From assembly GCA_041666745.1 (NCBI GenBank), contig JBAYGI010000002.1, positions 102,291 through 163,316 of the forward strand: a stretch of DNA of 61,026 nucleotides. The letters are read 5' to 3'. The translations under genes were made by a program, and so were the position numbers. Shown here in pieces: positions 54,994-61,026 of this stretch. The notes beneath the pieces are model-generated. The model saw only the letters and a program-made list of their open reading frames with translations, made no database searches and was not told where the DNA came from. Numbering within the stretch: the first letter of the stretch is position 1; every line of letters starts with the position of its first letter. The DNA comes from Candidatus Magasanikiibacteriota bacterium (lineage in GTDB: Bacteria; Patescibacteriota; Patescibacteriia; Magasanikbacterales; GWA2-37-8).

Positions 54994-55002
54994 ATATATA
55001 AA
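54994..55002 (+). promoter_or_regulatory. Extended -10 element TGgTATAAT
   Basis: AAGTGGTATAATATG, located 60 nt upstream of the adhesin start codon. Confidence 0.55.
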
Positions 55003-55062
55003 GTGGTATAATATGTGTGTAGGTAAAAAACCTATTTATTAATTAATTATTTTTTTCATAAA

Positions 55063-58000
55063 ATGTATCCTATGAAATATTTTTCATTAGGCAAAAAACT
55101 ATTGCTATTAGGCAGTTTTGTTTTGCTTGGGGTTTTGTTAAATGGTGGTAGCGCAAGTGCCCAGACAGGGCCTTGTTATTGGGTAGCTGGTTCGGCTGCA
55201 AATTATAGTAGTACTACAGCATGGTTGGATGGTGCGGGTGACGCATGTGTTCCAGAAATAGCACCAGGCTTAGTGTTCAAAGCCGCTTCTTCTACCGCGG
55301 ATATAACTTTTGATGTTAGCACCACAACTCCGAATATGAGTTTTGATAGTACTTATTCTGGTGAAGCGTATATTGCGGCTGGCATAACAGTCACTTCTAC
55401 TGGCTCAATCACTTTCACAGGTACAGGAACTAACGGTTTTAATATACTTGCTGGATCCACTTTGAATGTTGCCTCTAATCTTGGTGTGTCTTCTACTTTT
55501 GTTATAGCTAGTACCGGTGTATTGAATTTGGGTGGAAATTTGACGGTATCTGGAACACTAAGTGCTGCTTTAGGTACTGCGACGGTTAATTTTACTAGTA
55601 CGACTGCAACCACTCAAACTATTGGTGGTCCAGGAAGTATTACGTTTGGAACTTTGAATGTAAATGGTAGTACTGTAACCCTCGGTTCATCGGTTACGAC
55701 TACAGGTGATGTGACAGTGGCGAGTGGAAAGACACTTGCTTTGGCAGGAAATAGTTTGGTGGCGTCTGGGAATATTACCAACACAGGTGGTACGATTACT
55801 CAAACCGGCGGTGTGGTGACTATGACTGGTGCAAGTAAAACTTTGGGTGGGGTAGGTGGTACTACAAATTTATATGATTTAGTTGTAAGTAGTACGCTTG
55901 TTAGCTTGGCTGGTAATGTTACTACCACAGGTGCTTTGACAGTTGCTAGTGCCAGTTCGGTTTTGGCTTTAGGCACAAAGAATCTAGTCGTCAGTAGTAG
56001 TTTTGCCGGTTTGGGTACGGTCACTCAAACATCCGGATCTGTTACAATGATCGGAGAGGGGAATTTGGGAGGAACAAGTTTGACAATGGGTATTTCTGAT
56101 TTGATAATTACCGGTACTACGACTTTAGCGGGTACTGTGACTGCTTCTACTACAGTTGTGTCTGGGGTATTGAATGGTGGTGACGCAAAAACACTGTCTG
56201 TTTCTGGTTCCGGCACCCCATTATCTATAACCGGTACCTTTAATCCGGGAACCTCCAATGTAAATTTTACAAATGTCAGTGTTAATATACCGACAGCTAC
56301 TTATTATTCCTTGACTTATAATTGTGCTGGTTATGGTTGTGGCACAGCGACTTTAATTGGTAACGTTACAAGTACCAATTTGTATAATAGTATGGGAACT
56401 TTAGCTTTTGGAAATTATAATGTTTTTGTAAGCACAACTTTCCAAAATTACGATATTATTACTCAATCTGGTGGCAGTACAACTTTGAATGGATCCGCTG
56501 TAAGCTTAAATCCAGGCAACACGGCAACAACAACATTATATAATTTAATTATCAGTTCAAATGTTACCAGTTCAAATACAGGCACTCTGACCGTCAATAA
56601 TTTAACTGTTGATACAGGCAAAGAACTGATGCTGACTGCCGGTTTAACTATTGATATCACAGGCACAGGTACGCCGTTTGTTAACAATGGTACTTTGGCT
56701 GGTACATCAACTATTAAATATTCGGGCGCAACAGTATACATCGCTTCTTCTACTTATTATAACTTGACGGTTGATAGTGCTTCGTCTACTTTGTTGGATA
56801 CTACTAACATAAACAATGCGTTAATAATTAATTCTGGAAAAACATTGAATATAGGCGGTTTTGCACTTAATGTGACAGGCAATGCGACAAATTCAGGTAA
56901 TTTTATTATAAATGGCGGGTCAGGAAATGGCACAGCTGATATAACAGGTGATTTTACTGCGACTGGTGATGTAAATATTATTGCCGAAGGAGAATTGTTA
57001 GTGGGCGCTACTTCTACTTTATCATCCACAACATTAACCAGTGGTAATTTTTCTACAAAGAACCTTTATGTTAGTAATAGTGGTCATGTTGTAGATAACG
57101 GCACAGGAACTATAACTATTTTAGGCAGTGGTGTGTTAAATGTTGGGACAGGCGCCAACTTGAGCGCTTATGATTTATCCGTTGGTACTTCATCTGGCAC
57201 TGTGACAACCACAGGCAATGTTACAACCACCCATGTCTTGACTATTGGGAGTGCTGGAACTTTAAATGCTGGTAGCGGTGTCTTTACATTCACCGCCACT
57301 AGTACACCTTTTGTAATGGCAGGTGGAACATTTAATGCAAATACCTCAGAATTTGTTTATGCTGGTGCCACAGCCAACGTTGCTTCAACTACTTATTACA
57401 ATTTGACAGTTAACGGAAGTCAGTCTTTGGTTGGAAATGTGACTACGACAAATGTTTTGACTATCGGAACCGGTGGTACATTAGATGCTGGTGCATACAC
57501 CATCCGATTAACCGGCACAGGTACCCCATTGGTAAACAGTGGTACATTCACCGCCTCAACTTCCGCGGTCATATTCTCCGGTACCACATCCAATGTTCCT
57601 GCCGCCACTTACTATGATTTGACAACCAATGGTACTACTCAAACACTTGTCGGTAATGTTACCTCCACTCACGTCTTGACAAATGGAAGTGGTACATTAG
57701 ATGCTGGTGCATACACCATCCGATTAACCGGCACAGGTACCCCATTGGTAAACAGTGGTACATTCACCGCCTCAACTTCCGCGGTCATATTCTCCGGTGC
57801 CACCTCCAACGTTCCTGCCGCCACATATTATGATTTGAAAACAAATGGTTCTCAAACATTGACAGGAAGTGTTACGTCAACTCACTTTTTGACCATCGGT
57901 GCAGCAGGTACATTAAATGCCGGCGCGCATAGTATCCGATTTACAGGAACAGGTTTGCCGTTAGTTATAACTACTGGAGGCACTTTCACCGCCTCAACTT

Positions 58001-59904
58001 CTGCCGTTTATTACACCGGTGCTACATATGTCGCACCCGCAATTTACTACGATTTAATAATCAACGGTACTACAGCATTAATGGGCAACGTAACCTCAAC
58101 TCATGTCTTGACAGTTGGAAGCGGTACTTTGAGTAATGGTTATATTATTACGCTTACAGGTGACGGAACCCCATTTGTAAAAACTGGCGCGTTCACATCA
58201 GGTGATACATCGGAAGTAAAATATACCAATACCGGAACAGTAACTATCGCCGGTGCTACATATGATAAACTTACTCTTAGCGCAGGTACATACAATCTAG
58301 GTGCAAATGCTACAACAACAAATACATTCACTAATGGCGGAACATTTGTTTTGGGAGATTATTATTTGGTCGCCAATGGTACTTATACAAACAACAACAC
58401 GGTGACAGGTATTAGTCATGTTAAGAAATTATCTACTGGCGGACTTGCTGGTGCTCCTTATGTCAGTGGTACAGGTAATGGTACAGGAAATAATATAACA
58501 TTGTCTATTTTTGATCCGACTGCCAATGCGTCTTCATCGGTTAAGGAAACCATTTCAGTTACTTTAACAGCTACTTCAAATTTAAGTGACAGCGAAACAA
58601 TCACTTTAACCGAAGATGCGGTTTCTTCTGGTAATTTTACTGCAACAATTCCATTCTATATTATAAATGCAAAGACGGAAAATAATAACAAGGTAGATGT
58701 TTCAAGCAATGGTACTTTGGCTTTATCATATTCAAAAAGTGGTCTTACTTTAGCAGATTCTATATCTACTACATTTACCGGTCCTAGTTTCTTTGGCGGT
58801 AGTTCTCCTGGTGGCGCTGGTACAGCCCCTTCGGTTTCATCTGAGGCTACAGCAGCTACCATTTCTACCGACGGCACAGCAACTACCCAGACAATCACAT
58901 TGAATTTCTCCACTACAAACGCCACTCAAGTTGCCATTTCCGAAGATATTGGTTTTGCCGGAGCAAGTTGGGATACATATAGTGCTAGCAAACAGTTTAC
59001 TCTTTCATCAGGTGCCGGCGCAAAGACAATATATGTCAAATTCCGTTCAGATAGTGGCGGTATTACCAGTGTATATACTTTGAAAACAAATTTAGTTGCC
59101 GGGTATGTTCCTGCCACCAAAGTAGTTACTCCACCTGCAGTCACCGCACCGGTTGTATCCACTCCTGCTGAATCAGCCACAACTCCGGTATCTGCAACCG
59201 TTCCGGTTTTCGAAGTTGCCAGTCCAGATTCAGCTATTATTATTCCAGCAATTAAAAAATTGACATACAAACCAGGAGAAGTTGTTAAATTCAAATATAC
59301 ATACAAAAATACTACTTCCGCCACCCAAAAAATAAAAGTAGTTCGTCAGTTGCTCGATGCAAATGGTAAAGTGTTAGCCACTTCCAATGGTTCAGCCACC
59401 TTAAATAAAGGCAAATTATTTACCAGTGCACCTTCACAGACCCTTGGAACCAAACTTGCCGATGGAACCTATACACTCGTGGTAAAAGTATTGGATAGCA
59501 AAAACAACGTCTTAGATCAAAATAGTTTTGATGTTGTAGTCGCCAAACCTCTGCCTCCACCGGCCATCATCGCCAATTATCCTGATTCCAAAGTTGTGAT
59601 AACCGGTTTGAAATTGGATTATAAAGTAGGAAACACAGTGAAGTATGCATATTCCTACAAGAATGAAACCGGCAAATCTTTGAAGATAAAAATCACCCGT
59701 CAATTGGTAGATGCCAATGACAAAGTAGTAACTCAATCCTCCGGCACCAGAACTTTGACCAAAGGCCAGAACTTCAAGTTTAGTGTCAGCGATGTATTGG
59801 GCAAGAAACTAGCAACCGGAGTTTATACCATAAAGATCAAAGTATTTGATTCCAAAAATGTTATTTTGGATGAAAACAGCTTTGATGTGACAGTGAATAA
59901 ATAA
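55063..59904 (+). CDS. Giant (1613 aa) secreted Thr/Gly/Ser-rich repeat protein (beta-helix-like adhesin or surface-layer candidate)
   Basis: Signal peptide ending GGSASAQT. Many ~72-aa units are marked by [AS]TYY[ND]LT...GTGTP. Also a WDTYSASKQFTLSSGAGAKTIYVKFRSDSG surface-domain signature and two ~100-aa C-terminal Ig-like repeats (YKPGEVVKFKYTYKN and YKVGNTVKYAYSYKN). Confidence 0.85.
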   Translation: MYPMKYFSLGKKLLLLGSFVLLGVLLNGGSASAQTGPCYWVAGSAANYSSTTAWLDGAGDACVPEIAPGLVFKAASSTADITFDVSTTTPNMSFDSTYSGEAYIAAGITVTSTGSITFTGTGTNGFNILAGSTLNVASNLGVSSTFVIASTGVLNLGGNLTVSGTLSAALGTATVNFTSTTATTQTIGGPGSITFGTLNVNGSTVTLGSSVTTTGDVTVASGKTLALAGNSLVASGNITNTGGTITQTGGVVTMTGASKTLGGVGGTTNLYDLVVSSTLVSLAGNVTTTGALTVASASSVLALGTKNLVVSSSFAGLGTVTQTSGSVTMIGEGNLGGTSLTMGISDLIITGTTTLAGTVTASTTVVSGVLNGGDAKTLSVSGSGTPLSITGTFNPGTSNVNFTNVSVNIPTATYYSLTYNCAGYGCGTATLIGNVTSTNLYNSMGTLAFGNYNVFVSTTFQNYDIITQSGGSTTLNGSAVSLNPGNTATTTLYNLIISSNVTSSNTGTLTVNNLTVDTGKELMLTAGLTIDITGTGTPFVNNGTLAGTSTIKYSGATVYIASSTYYNLTVDSASSTLLDTTNINNALIINSGKTLNIGGFALNVTGNATNSGNFIINGGSGNGTADITGDFTATGDVNIIAEGELLVGATSTLSSTTLTSGNFSTKNLYVSNSGHVVDNGTGTITILGSGVLNVGTGANLSAYDLSVGTSSGTVTTTGNVTTTHVLTIGSAGTLNAGSGVFTFTATSTPFVMAGGTFNANTSEFVYAGATANVASTTYYNLTVNGSQSLVGNVTTTNVLTIGTGGTLDAGAYTIRLTGTGTPLVNSGTFTASTSAVIFSGTTSNVPAATYYDLTTNGTTQTLVGNVTSTHVLTNGSGTLDAGAYTIRLTGTGTPLVNSGTFTASTSAVIFSGATSNVPAATYYDLKTNGSQTLTGSVTSTHFLTIGAAGTLNAGAHSIRFTGTGLPLVITTGGTFTASTSAVYYTGATYVAPAIYYDLIINGTTALMGNVTSTHVLTVGSGTLSNGYIITLTGDGTPFVKTGAFTSGDTSEVKYTNTGTVTIAGATYDKLTLSAGTYNLGANATTTNTFTNGGTFVLGDYYLVANGTYTNNNTVTGISHVKKLSTGGLAGAPYVSGTGNGTGNNITLSIFDPTANASSSVKETISVTLTATSNLSDSETITLTEDAVSSGNFTATIPFYIINAKTENNNKVDVSSNGTLALSYSKSGLTLADSISTTFTGPSFFGGSSPGGAGTAPSVSSEATAATISTDGTATTQTITLNFSTTNATQVAISEDIGFAGASWDTYSASKQFTLSSGAGAKTIYVKFRSDSGGITSVYTLKTNLVAGYVPATKVVTPPAVTAPVVSTPAESATTPVSATVPVFEVASPDSAIIIPAIKKLTYKPGEVVKFKYTYKNTTSATQKIKVVRQLLDANGKVLATSNGSATLNKGKLFTSAPSQTLGTKLADGTYTLVVKVLDSKNNVLDQNSFDVVVAKPLPPPAIIANYPDSKVVITGLKLDYKVGNTVKYAYSYKNETGKSLKIKITRQLVDANDKVVTQSSGTRTLTKGQNFKFSVSDVLGKKLATGVYTIKIKVFDSKNVILDENSFDVTVNK

Positions 59905-59930
59905 AAAGAAATAGTTAAAAACAAACCAAA

Positions 59931-59966
59931 CAAGAGCCTCGCTTCAATGCCGGCTCTTGTTTTTTA
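59931..59966 (+). terminator. Rho-independent terminator
   Basis: CAAGAGCC-N13-GGCTCTTG followed by TTTTTT. Confidence 0.75.
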
Positions 59967-59992
59967 TCTTTTTTAATAGTATAATCAAGTTT

Positions 59993-60673
59993 ATGAAATT
60001 CGACATCCTGACACTTTTTCCAGACGCAATTCACAACTACTCAGAAGTGAGTATTCTTGGTCGTGCCCAAAAAAGTAGGCAGATAGATATCCGTGCTCAC
60101 GATATCCGTGATTTTACTTTGGATAAACAACATCATGTGGATGACAAGCCATATGGTGGTGGGGCGGGTATGGTGTTGCAGGTGGAGCCAATTTATCGTT
60201 GTTTGGAGAGTTTGGGGTTGGTGAAAGATGGAAAACCCGCCTTCGCCAAGGCTTCGGCGAGGCGAAGAATAATAATCATGGATCCGGACGGAAAAAAGTT
60301 TGATCAAAAAATGGCTCACAAATTTTCCAAGTTGGATAATTTAGTTTTAATTTGCGGACGCTATGAAGGTTTCGATGAGCGAGTATATAAATTTATTGAT
60401 GAAAGAATTTCGGTAGGGGATTTTGTTTTGGCTGGCGGAGAGTTGCCAGCACTAACTATTGTTGAATCCACTGCGCGTCTTATCCCAGGGGTATTGGGCA
60501 ATAAAGAATCTTTAACAGAAGAAACATTTGTAGAGGGTGTAATAGAATACCCACAATACACTCGCCCCGAAGATTTTATGGGTTTAAAAGTACCAAAAAT
60601 TTTATTATCCGGAGATCATAAAAAAATAGAGCAATGGCGTCAAAAAAATACCAAGCGATCAGTAAAAAGTTAA
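59993..60673 (+). CDS. trmD: tRNA (guanine37-N1)-methyltransferase
   Basis: MKFDILTLFPD, VDDKPYGGGAGMV, ICGRYEGFDERV and GGELPAL motifs. Start trimmed to ATG 59993, which follows a TATAAT at 59980-59985. Confidence 0.93.
   Translation: MKFDILTLFPDAIHNYSEVSILGRAQKSRQIDIRAHDIRDFTLDKQHHVDDKPYGGGAGMVLQVEPIYRCLESLGLVKDGKPAFAKASARRRIIIMDPDGKKFDQKMAHKFSKLDNLVLICGRYEGFDERVYKFIDERISVGDFVLAGGELPALTIVESTARLIPGVLGNKESLTEETFVEGVIEYPQYTRPEDFMGLKVPKILLSGDHKKIEQWRQKNTKRSVKS
60235..60267. repeat. Family D element in frame inside trmD
   Basis: ACCCGCCTTCGCCAAGGCTTCGGCGAGGCGAAG encodes PAFAKASARRR in the variable linker before the conserved ICGRYEG block. Confidence 0.75.
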
Positions 60674-60681
60674 GTTAGATT

Positions 60682-60690
60682 TTATCCACA
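60682..60690 (+). promoter_or_regulatory. Perfect DnaA-box-like 9-mer TTATCCACA
   Basis: Exact match, 21 nt upstream of the TTGACA box at 60711. Confidence 0.55.
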
Positions 60691-60710
60691 ACTTAGCCAC
60701 TTTTCCGCTA

Positions 60711-60739
60711 TTGACAGTCTTTTATCTCTATGCTATTAT
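60711..60739 (+). promoter_or_regulatory. Sigma70-like promoter TTGACA-N17-TATTAT
   Basis: Exact -35 hexamer and a 17-nt spacer. No ORF follows in the remaining 290 nt. Confidence 0.55.
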
Positions 60740-60812
60740 GTAAAAGCTTTAAAGAAAACCCTGCAAACAAAAGTACTTCCAAAATTAAATCATTTTTCTA
60801 AGTCCGCTTAAC

Positions 60813-60836
60813 AGATTCCCGCATTTGCGAGAATGA
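60813..60836. repeat. Family C hairpin element
   Basis: GATTCCCGCATTTGCGAGAATGAC. Confidence 0.75.
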
Positions 60837-61026
60837 CAACGAGTTGATACTGGAAAGAGAAAAGAGTAAGTCAAATTGGCTTCCTCTTTTTTCTTTCAAC
60901 AGTGAAAGAAAATGAACCTTGACAATACAAACGTGACAAAGACCATATTATATACAATTTAATTTGTATAAAATTAAACTGTCTATTCAACAACAAATAT
61001 ATTAAATAGTTCGGATTTATTTCCGA

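Noticed and set aside
60919-60951. Second promoter near the window end (TTGACA at 60919)
   Set aside because: No acceptable -10 hexamer lies at 16-18 nt spacing, and TATTAT is 21 nt away. It is mentioned only as a possibility.

Overview
AT-rich bacterial chromosome segment. Hand-counted 60-nt lines are about 30% G+C. It uses the standard genetic code: TGA acts as a stop and RF2 is present. Gene content and style suggest an ultra-small Patescibacteria/CPR (Parcubacteria-like) genome, which is my inference. Supporting signs are a split comEC, comFC, a VanW protein, proteins with TSP3-type Asp-rich repeats, a stand-alone GIY-YIG gene, two giant secreted proteins and very few metabolic genes. Housekeeping genes recognised: nusA, yidC, groES/groEL, prfB, tsaC, rsmA, clpP, nrnA-like, smc, rpsP, a KH protein, trmD and tRNA-Ser(GCU). 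The main accessory region is 16.6-40.2 kb. It holds a 2644-aa cysteine-rich secreted protein, a compositionally foreign GC-rich lipoprotein gene on the opposite strand, and an AAA-ATPase/truncated-MNT cassette bracketed by a 60-bp direct repeat. These are followed by a ~12-kb operon encoding a minimal type IV secretion-like core (VirB6-like, PrgI/VirB3-like, two-ORF VirB4, VirB8-like), four unknown proteins and comFC. There is no relaxase, coupling protein or integrase. The window also carries four families of short palindromic elements (16 copies). Family A shows stem covariation, and three housekeeping or envelope genes (O-antigen-ligase-like, smc, trmD) carry in-frame copies. Other observations: a DnaA-box-like motif (TTATCCACA) recurring at promoters, a G8 tract in the promoter of a 1613-aa repeat adhesin, two candidate ncRNAs, an MNT/HEPN toxin-antitoxin pair, a NUDIX/kinase/radical-SAM islet and an AT-rich islet next to tRNA-Ser. 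No CRISPR array, transposase or rRNA was seen.
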